A stretch of DNA of 32,000 bases. It comes from Nitrososphaerota archaeon (GTDB taxonomy: Archaea > Thermoproteota > Nitrososphaeria > Nitrososphaerales > UBA57). A program made the position numbers and the translations under genes. Positions 17,349 to 26,042 of this stretch are shown here, in pieces. Where the stretch lies: the NCBI GenBank assembly GCA_013306035.1, contig JABUBF010000003.1, forward strand, positions 28,850 through 60,849, written 5' to 3'. The stretch's first letter is position 1, and every line of letters begins with the position of its first letter. Under the pieces are notes generated by a model. It was not told the DNA's origin. It did no database searches and saw nothing but the letters and a program-made list of their open reading frames with translations.

Positions 17349-18062
17349 TTGAACAAACAACCTAATATGACTGAAATTATAGAAAATTTTCACAATGGCG
17401 AGTTTATATTCTTACACGATGATGATTCACGAGAAAATGAAACTGACATAATGCTTGCCGCCAAACACGTCACTCCAAAAAAAATTAATCAAATGAGGCA
17501 ACTTGGTGGGGGACTTCTTTGTGTGGGTATTTCTCCGGATATCGGCTCTAAATTAAATCTCTCATATATGTGGGATATTCTATTACAAACAAAATCCCCT
17601 TCATTAAGTAGTCTTGTTAATACAAATCGCAATACATCACAACGTTCTACTCATTCTATAACATTTAATCATCGAACTCTCGGAGGCGCAACAGATTTAC
17701 AACGTTCTAGCACAATTTCTTCTTTACATGAACTATGCAAAGACTATACTTCAAACAATAATCTCTCTAGCGATTTTCATTCTATGTTTGAATCACCAGG
17801 ACATCTACAAATGCTCATTGGTTCTCCCGGCCTCCTTAAATCAAGAGAGGGCCATACAGAACTCAGTTTATTTCTGTGTGAAGTCTCTAATCTAATACCT
17901 ATAGTAATTATGTGTGAAATATTGGACAATCAAACCTTTACTGCTAAATCTGCCGATAATTGTGAACAACTGGCCAAAGAAAACAACATAACGTTTATCG
18001 AAGTAGATACAATTCTAGATTATTACAAAACTAATTTTAATAACGGACCCGGTGAGACTTGA
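17349..18062 (+). CDS. ribB: 3,4-dihydroxy-2-butanone 4-phosphate synthase
   Basis: Motifs are GEFIFLHDDDSRENETD, GGGLLCV, SPGHLQML and REGHTELS. This matches the layout of archaeal RibB as I recall it. An alternative ATG start lies at 17367. The last 19 nt overlap the tRNA-Arg 3' exon on the opposite strand. Confidence 0.85.
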   Translation: MNKQPNMTEIIENFHNGEFIFLHDDDSRENETDIMLAAKHVTPKKINQMRQLGGGLLCVGISPDIGSKLNLSYMWDILLQTKSPSLSSLVNTNRNTSQRSTHSITFNHRTLGGATDLQRSSTISSLHELCKDYTSNNNLSSDFHSMFESPGHLQMLIGSPGLLKSREGHTELSLFLCEVSNLIPIVIMCEILDNQTFTAKSADNCEQLAKENNITFIEVDTILDYYKTNFNNGPGET

Positions 18063-18191
18063 ACTCACGACCTCTAACCAAGATTGATTACTCAATCTCT
18101 ACAGCTGTCACCATGAATTAGGAGGATCGGCTATCTTCTGCCGCGCTAATCCAGATTACGCATTCTTTTCATAATTCTGCGCTACGGGCCC
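18044..18191 (-). tRNA. tRNA-Arg(CCU) interrupted by four introns (five exons)
   Basis: Exons 18191-18177, 18155-18138, 18125-18119, 18106-18101 and 18073-18044 join to a 76-nt tRNA: GGGCCCG UA GCGC AGUCUGGAUUA GCGC G GCAGC CUCCUAA GCUGU AGGUC GUGAG UUCAAGU CUCAC CGGGUCC G. Conserved positions U8, A14, G15:C48, G18G19, A20, A21, G26:A44, U33, A37 and G53:C61 are all satisfied. The introns are 18176-18156 (21 nt), 18137-18126 (12 nt), 18118-18107 (12 nt) and 18100-18074 (27 nt). Each has a bulge-helix-bulge-like context. Confidence 0.8.
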
Positions 18192-18213
18192 ATTATGAAG
18201 TTTATTAAATAAA

Positions 18214-18221
18214 CTATAAAA
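18214..18221 (-). promoter_or_regulatory. Candidate TATA element (TTTTATAG on the minus strand) upstream of tRNA-Arg
   Basis: It spans -23 to -30 relative to the tRNA 5' end at 18191. Confidence 0.35.
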
Positions 18222-18243
18222 GTTCACAATTAATAATAATCAC

Positions 18244-18582
18244 ATGAACGACAAGTTAATTGACGAAGTTATTTCTGTTGACGATCAATCATTTCACTTA
18301 TTTATTTTAAAATATTCAAATGGATATTTTGTATCTCTTGCCCAGGGAAACGAGCCAAATTTAGGATCTATGTCTCTTTCTTTAAAGAAATCAAATTTAG
18401 TTAATACTACAATTATCATTCCTAGTAGGTTTTCTCCTATGATTCCTCAACTGATCAGTGAACTAGCTAGTGATTTATCTGACGGTATTGGTATCTCATC
18501 TGTATATATTAAAAAAGACTTGAAAACGGAAACAGCAGTTACTCTTCTTAAAACTATAAAATCATATATTAAAGAATTATAA
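18244..18582 (+). CDS. Hypothetical protein
   Basis: A 112-aa ORF with no motif I recognise. Its 3' end overlaps the convergent HD-domain gene by 6 nt. Confidence 0.45.
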   Translation: MNDKLIDEVISVDDQSFHLFILKYSNGYFVSLAQGNEPNLGSMSLSLKKSNLVNTTIIIPSRFSPMIPQLISELASDLSDGIGISSVYIKKDLKTETAVTLLKTIKSYIKEL

Positions 18583-19848
18583 AACTTCTTTCTCAAAAAT
18601 TCCTTTCACTGTTGTATTTAATTTCTTTTTATATGTCGCAGTAGTGTAAATTCGAATTATATTCATATATCCTAATATTGCGTTCATCAATGGCAATTCT
18701 GTAGCTTTTGTTATTTCAAATTCTTTCTTTCGTGTATTATTCAGCAATACTGTAATTTCATTGAAAGATTCTTTTGTTGATGTCGTAGGAACTGAAGTTG
18801 CAGTTGACACATCAATGAATATATGACTCTTTGGTATCTTGGATTTCTCTGCAATCTCTTCTGCTAAATTCTCTCGAAACTTTCTTTGAGCAAATATTTT
18901 TGTACTAAATTCATCTTTTCCTAAGACAATCTTTTCAAAGACTAGTTTTAACATCTTTCTATTTGTATAATCTATTACTAATTTCTTTGCTAATCTTGAG
19001 TTCTCACTATTAGAATTAATATTTGAAATATTATACAGAATTCTTTCATCTGTTAATTGTAAAAAATCATCCAAATTATCGAGATTTGTAAAATGTAATT
19101 CTTCATTTGATAAGTTCATTGCTCTTATTATCATCACTGCAGACGCACGAACACTTTTATGAAAATACACAGCTCTGAACATCTCATACCTTGCTAACAT
19201 TAAGGATTCTAACGCATACACACTGTCTTTATTTATTGCCAGTTTCTTTCCTGCAATTTCATACGCATCAATAATCCTGTGTACATCTACTTTTCCATAT
19301 TCTACTCCTGAAAAATATGAATCTCTTAGTAAATAATCCATTGAATCAACACTTAGAAATCCAGCAATTATATCGTTCATAAATCTGGGATGATTTTTTG
19401 ATGTTCCTACACATAAATTGGAAAACTTTTTTACATTAACTCCAAACCTTGATAAGATATCTGCAATTTCTGTTTCCCTAATTATACGATCTGTAATGTT
19501 TTCATGCGTCATTCCTTTTTCATGAAGTACTTCTTCAAACAGATGAGAGAACGGACCATGACCAATATCGTGTAATAGTGCAGCTATAGATAACTCATTA
19601 CTCATATCTTCATTGATTATTTCTTGAGACTTTAGATGATTTGCTGCTCTTTTTGCTAAATACATAGAACCAATACAATGTTCAAATCTTGTATGAAGAG
19701 CTCCTGGATATGTTAGGTGTGCGGTTCCCAGTTGTCTAATTTTTCTCAACCTTTGAAAAACCGGTGAATCAATTATCTTACATTCTAATTCATTTGCATA
19801 AATATATCCGTGTACTGGATCTCTTATCTGCGTAATTCCATCTTTCAA
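18577..19848 (-). CDS. HD-domain metal-dependent phosphohydrolase (dNTP triphosphohydrolase-like)
   Basis: Motifs are TRFEHCIGSMYLA and LLHDIGHGPFSH, with a downstream DSMDYLLRDSYF block typical of the long HD hydrolases. Confidence 0.8.
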   Translation of the reverse strand: MKDGITQIRDPVHGYIYANELECKIIDSPVFQRLRKIRQLGTAHLTYPGALHTRFEHCIGSMYLAKRAANHLKSQEIINEDMSNELSIAALLHDIGHGPFSHLFEEVLHEKGMTHENITDRIIRETEIADILSRFGVNVKKFSNLCVGTSKNHPRFMNDIIAGFLSVDSMDYLLRDSYFSGVEYGKVDVHRIIDAYEIAGKKLAINKDSVYALESLMLARYEMFRAVYFHKSVRASAVMIIRAMNLSNEELHFTNLDNLDDFLQLTDERILYNISNINSNSENSRLAKKLVIDYTNRKMLKLVFEKIVLGKDEFSTKIFAQRKFRENLAEEIAEKSKIPKSHIFIDVSTATSVPTTSTKESFNEITVLLNNTRKKEFEITKATELPLMNAILGYMNIIRIYTTATYKKKLNTTVKGIFEKEVL

Positions 19849-20460
19849 CTAATTCACATCTTTGATTTTATACTTATTTACAACTAAATTCCAAATTTCT
19901 TTACTTACTTCTTCTTTACTCTTATCTCCCTTTATTCTGGACCATTTGTTCATAGTTGCAAGTTTCTTATACCTTGACTTTACATTATTGAGAAATTTTC
20001 TATCTTTTTCATACCTGTCACGATTCTCACTCTTTCGCAATACTGATTCTGTTATTGGAATGTCTATTAATATAGTTAAATCCGATTTTGGCAAACCTAA
20101 ATCTAAATTTTCCAACCACTCCTTTTTCAAGCCATTTGCTAATCCATATGCAATATTTGAATCACAATAGCGATTACAGATCACAAAATCCATGTTTTCT
20201 AATTTATACCTTATTTCTTTCTCAGATTCCCATCTATTTGCTGATAGTAATATATGCGACATTTCTAGAGAAAAACTATCATCGTGAAGACATTTTTTTA
20301 CTAATTTGCCTATGCTTGTATTGTATTTTGGAAAAGATATGTATCCAACTTTGTATCCGTTCTTTTTTAACCTATTTCTAAGCAATATAGATTGAGTCTT
20401 TTTTCCTGATTGGTCAATTCCCTCAATGACAATGAATTTCCCCTTCCTCAATAACTGCAT
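19849..20460 (-). CDS. tmk: Thymidylate kinase
   Basis: It has the P-loop FIVIEGIDQSGKKTQ and the DRY-like CNRYCDSNIAYG region. Its stop abuts the HD-gene start with no gap. Confidence 0.85.
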   Translation of the reverse strand: MQLLRKGKFIVIEGIDQSGKKTQSILLRNRLKKNGYKVGYISFPKYNTSIGKLVKKCLHDDSFSLEMSHILLSANRWESEKEIRYKLENMDFVICNRYCDSNIAYGLANGLKKEWLENLDLGLPKSDLTILIDIPITESVLRKSENRDRYEKDRKFLNNVKSRYKKLATMNKWSRIKGDKSKEEVSKEIWNLVVNKYKIKDVN

Positions 20461-20519
20461 TATGTTGTTGATTTATATAAGGTAACTATCAAATTTTTTA
20501 ATAGTCTAAATTTTTATCT

Positions 20520-22079
20520 TTGTATTACATAATATATTCTGTGTCATCCCAATTTATCGAAAAACAATATGTTAAATCAAATACTATTGATAAACGGGAA
20601 TACCAAGTCAACATAGCAGATTCTATTAAATCTCAGAACTCTATTGTTGTATTACCTACTGGTCTAGGAAAAACTGTAATTGCATTATTATCTATGGCTG
20701 AGTCCATGATTAATAATCCCACAAAAACCTGTATGATCTTAGCACCAACTCGTGTACTTGTTCACCAACACTATGAATTCTTGTTGAATTCACTCAATCT
20801 TAGCGAAACTGAAATCAGCGTAATAACGGGAGAAGACACACTTAAAAAAAGGCAAACTAAATGGCAGAATCAAATCGTTTGTGCCACACCTCAAATATTA
20901 CAACTCGATATTAATCGCGGAATAATAGATTTAGAACAATTCTCTATTGTTATTTTTGATGAGGTACACCGAGCTGTTGGAGAATACGCATATGTGCCTG
21001 TCGCACAATCACTATATTCAAAAAACAATGAAATTATAATGCATGGAATGACTGCATCTCTTCCTAGCGAATCACCAAAAATCGAAGAAATTATGAACAA
21101 TATACATGCTGCTCATATAGAATTTCGCGATCGTGAAAGTGAAGACGTAAAACCTTATGTTCATGATACAAAAATTGAAAAAATTGAGATTGAATTAACT
21201 GACGATATTAAAACAATTAGCAATCTAATCAAAAAAACTATATCTTCCTACTCATTGAAACTTCGTAATAATGGTCAATTGTTGCCCAGAGATCCTTCAT
21301 TAAAAGCTGTTCTTGCAAAAATCCATCATATTGAAAAAGATCCATATCTATCAAAACGTTGGGATATTCGAAATAATCTATATTCTTTGGTTAGATTATT
21401 ACATGGAATTAATATAATTGAAACTCAAGGCGTAGATAGTTTCTCAAAATATGTCTCTCGACTTAAGTCAAAACAAAAATCTAGCGGTGTTAAAAAATTA
21501 CTTGAACATCCAGATTTTAGCCAAGCAATTATTCTTACTGATCGTCTTCAATCTCTTGGGGAAGACCATCCAAAGCTTGCTAAATTAGAAAGCATTATGG
21601 AAGCAAACCTCAGAGGTACAGATAAGGCTATAATATTTGCTAGTTATCGAGATACGGTTGATAAAATCTTTGAAGTACTTCATGGCAAAGGATATCATAT
21701 TGGTATATTAATTGGAAAAAGCGGACAGACTGGCCAATCACAGAAACAACAATTAGAATCACTTGAAAAACTCAAATCCGGAGAATTTGATATTATCGTA
21801 GCAACCCAGGTTGGAGAAGAGGGTCTCGACATTTCAGAATGTAAACTTGTTGTTTTTTATGATAATGTTTCTAGTGCTATAAGATTTACACAACGACTAG
21901 GAAGAACTGGCCGTCGTTCACCAGGAAAAGTCGTATCTTTTATTACTAAAGGTACACGTGACGAAACCAATTATTATATCAGCCAACAAAGATTGTCTAA
22001 ATCTCAAAGAACTATAAAACGTATGAATAAAAATTATAAAAAACCCGCTGAAAAAAAAGGATTAGATAAATTCCTTTAA
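20520..22079 (+). CDS. Hef/Mph1-like superfamily-2 helicase (helicase domains only)
   Basis: Motifs are REYQ, LPTGLGKT (motif I), FDEVHRAVG (DEAH-type motif II), TAS and TQVGEEGLDI..RLGRTGR (motif VI). There is no ERCC4 nuclease domain after motif VI. The start is uncertain (TTG 20520 or GTG 20541). Confidence 0.8.
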   Translation: MYYIIYSVSSQFIEKQYVKSNTIDKREYQVNIADSIKSQNSIVVLPTGLGKTVIALLSMAESMINNPTKTCMILAPTRVLVHQHYEFLLNSLNLSETEISVITGEDTLKKRQTKWQNQIVCATPQILQLDINRGIIDLEQFSIVIFDEVHRAVGEYAYVPVAQSLYSKNNEIIMHGMTASLPSESPKIEEIMNNIHAAHIEFRDRESEDVKPYVHDTKIEKIEIELTDDIKTISNLIKKTISSYSLKLRNNGQLLPRDPSLKAVLAKIHHIEKDPYLSKRWDIRNNLYSLVRLLHGINIIETQGVDSFSKYVSRLKSKQKSSGVKKLLEHPDFSQAIILTDRLQSLGEDHPKLAKLESIMEANLRGTDKAIIFASYRDTVDKIFEVLHGKGYHIGILIGKSGQTGQSQKQQLESLEKLKSGEFDIIVATQVGEEGLDISECKLVVFYDNVSSAIRFTQRLGRTGRRSPGKVVSFITKGTRDETNYYISQQRLSKSQRTIKRMNKNYKKPAEKKGLDKFL

Positions 22080-22127
22080 TCTATATTTTTTTATACATTT
22101 ATTATTCACGTCTTTAAATAATCAATA

Positions 22128-22919
22128 ATGGATTGTTCGTTCTGCAACGTATCAGAAGATTTACCATTTACTTGCTCTTATTGTGAGCTCATTTTTTGTT
22201 CTTCACATCGTTTACCAGAAAAACATCAATGTAGTCAATTATATCGTGTTCATAAACCTCGAGACAGTTTATATCAAAACACAAATTCTCAATTCTCTAT
22301 TAATAATCTCAATAATCTAGATTCTAGAATGAATCGCATTCTGAATACCGAATTACGTCAATTACTACTTGGTATGGTTTTGGTACTCTTAGTGGGAATC
22401 TCATTTTTTCTGAGTAATAATTCTTCATATTCTGCAATTACAATTGTAATTCTTGGCCTCGTACTGATGGGTTCATTTTTAATTCATGAGATGTCTCATA
22501 AATTCCTTGCAATGAGGAATGGATATAGAGCAGAATTTCGCGTCAATTCACTGGGAGTACTTCTAACATCTTTGAGTATATTCCCATTTATTCCATTGAA
22601 GATTATTGCCCCTGGGGCAGTTGTAATATCTGGATACCCTTCTAATTCAAAACTGGGAAAAATTGCTTTAGCAGGTCCTGCAAGTAATATAATTCTTGGT
22701 TTATGTTCAATATTTATTCTAACATCTTTTTCTCTCACAGCAGAGTTGTTTGCAATAATTTCTACTGCTGCATATATAAATGGAATTCTTGCAGCGTTTA
22801 ATTTATTACCATTTAGTATAATCGATGGAAAGAAAGTATATAATTGGAATAAATATATCTGGATTTCTTCTTTTATTTTTTGTATATCATTTATATTTGT
22901 TGTATCTAATATAATATGA
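22128..22919 (+). CDS. AN1-type zinc finger fused to an M50/site-2-protease-like membrane metalloprotease
   Basis: The N-terminus CSFC-x9-CSYC-x4-C-x2-H-x5-H-x-C fits the AN1 pattern. It is followed by TM helices carrying HEMSH (HExxH) and a distal NLLPFSIIDG motif. Confidence 0.75.
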   Translation: MDCSFCNVSEDLPFTCSYCELIFCSSHRLPEKHQCSQLYRVHKPRDSLYQNTNSQFSINNLNNLDSRMNRILNTELRQLLLGMVLVLLVGISFFLSNNSSYSAITIVILGLVLMGSFLIHEMSHKFLAMRNGYRAEFRVNSLGVLLTSLSIFPFIPLKIIAPGAVVISGYPSNSKLGKIALAGPASNIILGLCSIFILTSFSLTAELFAIISTAAYINGILAAFNLLPFSIIDGKKVYNWNKYIWISSFIFCISFIFVVSNII

Positions 22920-24382
22920 ATAACATGAAGAAAAAATTTAGCACCTTTGAAATTGGTTCATTTATCTCTACAACTATTTATGATGATCTATCATTAAGTC
23001 CTAATACTCGTAAAATCGATAAACAAATAGGTAATCTTATCTCAAGCATTATAAAAAATAAAGAATTTACAGGAAAATCTAATGAATCAATATTACTCAG
23101 GACTCCTCAAACAAATGTTCTCCTAATCGGATTAGGAAATAAAAAATGTATATCAAATGATAAATTACGCGACGCTGCTGCAAAAGCCTCAATCACTGCA
23201 AAAAAACTAAAAACTAAATCATTTTCATTTAATCATGATGTTTCTGATATGACCAATGACTATGTAGAAGCAGTTGTCCAAGGATCTGAATTGGGACTTT
23301 ATAATTTCAATGTTTATAAAAGTAACAAGAAGGACTTTCGCCCTTTGACCATGAATATAATTATAAAAAATAAAACTAAAACTTCTCTTACAAAAAGTAT
23401 TAGAACCGGTGAAATCATTGCTGACGCAATAATGCTTTCTCGTGATATCTCTAATCTTCCTAGTAGAGATTGTACTCCTCTACAACTTGCTTCTCGCGCT
23501 AAAAAAATCTCATCAAATAGACCACTCAAAACTACAGTTTTTAATACTGATAAACTCAAAAAACTAGGTTTTGGCGGCCTTTTAGGTGTAGCTAGCGGTT
23601 CTCAACAACCTCCTTGTTTCATAATAATGGAATATAATGGAGGTAAACGAGGTGAAAAACCAATTGTATTTGTTGGCAAAACAATTACTTTTGATACTGG
23701 AGGAATTTCTATAAAGCCATCAGCTTCTATGGATGAAATGAAATATGATAAATCCGGTGGCGCTACTGTTATGTCTATAATGCAAGCCGTTGCAGATCTT
23801 AAACTTCCAGTTAATGTTGTTGGTTTGATGCCTGCTACAGAAAATATGCCTAGTGGTTCTGCCTACAAACCTGGTGATGTTATCACATTTTATAATAAAA
23901 AGACTGCAGAAATTCTAAATACAGATGCAGAAGGCCGTGTAATTCTTGCAGATGCTTTATCTTACGCTCAAAACTATAAACCACGAATGATTATTGATTT
24001 TGCAACATTGACTGGCGCATGTGTAATTGCACTAGGTAATGCCGTAAGCGGTCTTCTTGGTAATGATAAAAAAATTATTAATTCATTATTTGAATCTGGC
24101 GAACGTACTGGTGAAAAAGTCTGGGAACTTCCTTTAACTAATGAATATAAAAAACTTATTAAAAGTGATATTGCTGATATTAAAAATATTGGAGGTCGAG
24201 GAGCTGGTACAATAACTGCCGCCGCATTTCTTAGTTACTTTGTTGATGATTATCCATGGGCTCATTTAGATATTGCTGGCACAGCCTGGACTCAAGACGG
24301 TACTCCTAAAAAATCTTATATTAAGAAAGGAGCTACTGGAGTTGGAGTTCTTTTGAGTATAGATTTCTTAAGAAATTTATAA
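22916..24382 (+). CDS. pepA: Leucyl aminopeptidase, M17 family
   Basis: Motifs are VGKTITFDTGGISIKP and NTDAEGRVILADAL, with C-terminal HLDIAGT. Confidence 0.9.
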   Translation: MNNMKKKFSTFEIGSFISTTIYDDLSLSPNTRKIDKQIGNLISSIIKNKEFTGKSNESILLRTPQTNVLLIGLGNKKCISNDKLRDAAAKASITAKKLKTKSFSFNHDVSDMTNDYVEAVVQGSELGLYNFNVYKSNKKDFRPLTMNIIIKNKTKTSLTKSIRTGEIIADAIMLSRDISNLPSRDCTPLQLASRAKKISSNRPLKTTVFNTDKLKKLGFGGLLGVASGSQQPPCFIIMEYNGGKRGEKPIVFVGKTITFDTGGISIKPSASMDEMKYDKSGGATVMSIMQAVADLKLPVNVVGLMPATENMPSGSAYKPGDVITFYNKKTAEILNTDAEGRVILADALSYAQNYKPRMIIDFATLTGACVIALGNAVSGLLGNDKKIINSLFESGERTGEKVWELPLTNEYKKLIKSDIADIKNIGGRGAGTITAAAFLSYFVDDYPWAHLDIAGTAWTQDGTPKKSYIKKGATGVGVLLSIDFLRNL

Positions 24383-24388
24383 TTTGTT

Positions 24389-26008
24389 TTAATAATCCAT
24401 TCCGCCAGGTGGGCCGCCTGCGCCTCCACCTTTAGCAGATGATATTGTATCATCAATTCTTAATATCATGTTTGTTACTTCAACTGCTGCTTTGATTACT
24501 TGTTCTTTGACTTTTAACGGTTCATAGACATTTCTTTTCGACATGTCTGCTAATCCTCCTCTTAATGCATCAACACCATACCATTTTTTTCCTTCAACTT
24601 GTCCTGCTCTTAAGTTTACTAGTGTGTCTATTGCATCCATTCCTGCATTCTCTGCTAATGTAATTGGTAGTGATTCTATAGCGTCTGCGAATTTCTGTGC
24701 GGCTAATTGCTCTCTTCCTGTTAAATTATTTGCCCATTTTCGTATTTTAAACGCAACATTGGCTTCAGGAGCACCTCCACCTGCTACAATATATGGATAT
24801 TCTAAAACATCCTTTACTACCATTAATGAATCATGCAAAGATCTTTCTGCTTCATCAAGAACTCTTGGAGAGCCTCCTCGTATTAATATTGATACTGCCT
24901 TTGGATTCTTACATCCTTCAATGAATACCCATTTATCAGTCTCAATTTTTCTTTCTTCTACTAATGCTGCAGTGCCCAAGTCATCCTTTGACAGATCCTT
25001 CAAATTTGAAATTATTCTAGCTCCTGTTGCCTTAGCTATTTTTACCATATCACTTTCTTTTACTCTTCTAACTGCCATGATTCCTTCTTGTGCCAAGTAA
25101 TGTTGAGCAATATCATCTATGCCTTTTTGGCATATTATGATATTTGCACCAGATGCAACTATTTGATCAACGTATTGTTTCAACATTCTATTCTCTTCAT
25201 CTAAGAATTGTTTCATTTGCAATGGCTCATTAATTCTAATTTCTGCACTGATTTCTGTTTTTTCAATTTCTAATGCAGCGTTGACAATTGCAATTTTTGC
25301 TTTGCTGATTGACTTAGGCATATTAGAGTGGACTACTTCTTTATCGAGAACAATACCTTTAATTAACGAAGTTTCGCTCAGTGAAGCTCCTGGTTTCTTA
25401 TCGACTTTAACATTCGCTAAATCTATTTTTGTTTCTCCACTAGTATTATCTGCAATCAATAATAGTGCATCTACAACAATTTTTGATAATTCTTTTGATT
25501 CTTCTGCAACTAGTTTACTCATCATACTTGTCGTTGCAATTTTTATTAACATATCTTTGTCATCTTTGTCCACTTTAATTGCAATCTTCTTTAAAATATC
25601 AAGTGCTTCTTCAGCTGCTCTTGCATATCCATCAATTATCATTGTTGGATGTACTTCTTTATCAATTAGTTCTTGTGCTTTCTCTAATAATGCTCCTGAA
25701 AATACAACTGCTGTTGTAGTTCCATCGCCAACTTCACTATCTGTAGTTTTTGCGACTTCCACCATCATTTTTCCTGCAGGATGTTGCATATCTATTTCTT
25801 TCAAAATTGTAGCTCCATCATTTGTTATAGTTACATCTCCTAAACCATCTACTAGCATCTTATCCATTCCTCTTGGACCTAGTGATGTTTTTACTAATTG
25901 TGCAACAAGTGTTGCAGCAAATATGTTGTTCTTTTGTGCTTCTTTTCCCTTTGTTTCGCTTGAACCTTCTTTTAAAATAAAGATAGGTTGACTGTTATTA
26001 TTAGACAT
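24389..26008 (-). CDS. ths: Thermosome subunit (group II chaperonin)
   Basis: Motifs are LGPRGMDKML, ITNDGATIL, VGDGTTT, VAGGGAPE and a Gly-rich tail ending GGMDY. I place the start at ATG 26008 (MSNNNSQPIFILKEG). The 26 extra codons in the ORF track would overlap pus10. Confidence 0.92.
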   Translation of the reverse strand: MSNNNSQPIFILKEGSSETKGKEAQKNNIFAATLVAQLVKTSLGPRGMDKMLVDGLGDVTITNDGATILKEIDMQHPAGKMMVEVAKTTDSEVGDGTTTAVVFSGALLEKAQELIDKEVHPTMIIDGYARAAEEALDILKKIAIKVDKDDKDMLIKIATTSMMSKLVAEESKELSKIVVDALLLIADNTSGETKIDLANVKVDKKPGASLSETSLIKGIVLDKEVVHSNMPKSISKAKIAIVNAALEIEKTEISAEIRINEPLQMKQFLDEENRMLKQYVDQIVASGANIIICQKGIDDIAQHYLAQEGIMAVRRVKESDMVKIAKATGARIISNLKDLSKDDLGTAALVEERKIETDKWVFIEGCKNPKAVSILIRGGSPRVLDEAERSLHDSLMVVKDVLEYPYIVAGGGAPEANVAFKIRKWANNLTGREQLAAQKFADAIESLPITLAENAGMDAIDTLVNLRAGQVEGKKWYGVDALRGGLADMSKRNVYEPLKVKEQVIKAAVEVTNMILRIDDTISSAKGGGAGGPPGGMDY

Positions 26009-26042
26009 CAATAATCGCATTTTTATTGGTAACACTAGGTTT

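Noticed and set aside
18044-18191. Reading the interrupted tRNA as tRNA-Ala (because of G3:U70), or as tRNA-Met(CAU) or tRNA-Lys(CUU) using a CCUAA/UUAGA stem around UUCAUGG
   Set aside because: No Ala anticodon can be placed in a loop with U33. The Met and Lys models need a C:A mismatch, a 4-nt variable loop and G37/G38, and their junctions lack any bulge-helix-bulge support. The four-intron Arg(CCU) model satisfies all conserved positions and all four splice contexts.
24543-25991. Long plus-strand ORFs (24543..25100 and 25281..25991) antisense to the thermosome gene
   Set aside because: Their translations are low-complexity Ser/Ala/Ile-rich strings with no motifs. The opposite strand encodes an unmistakable group II chaperonin. 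They are typical shadow ORFs.
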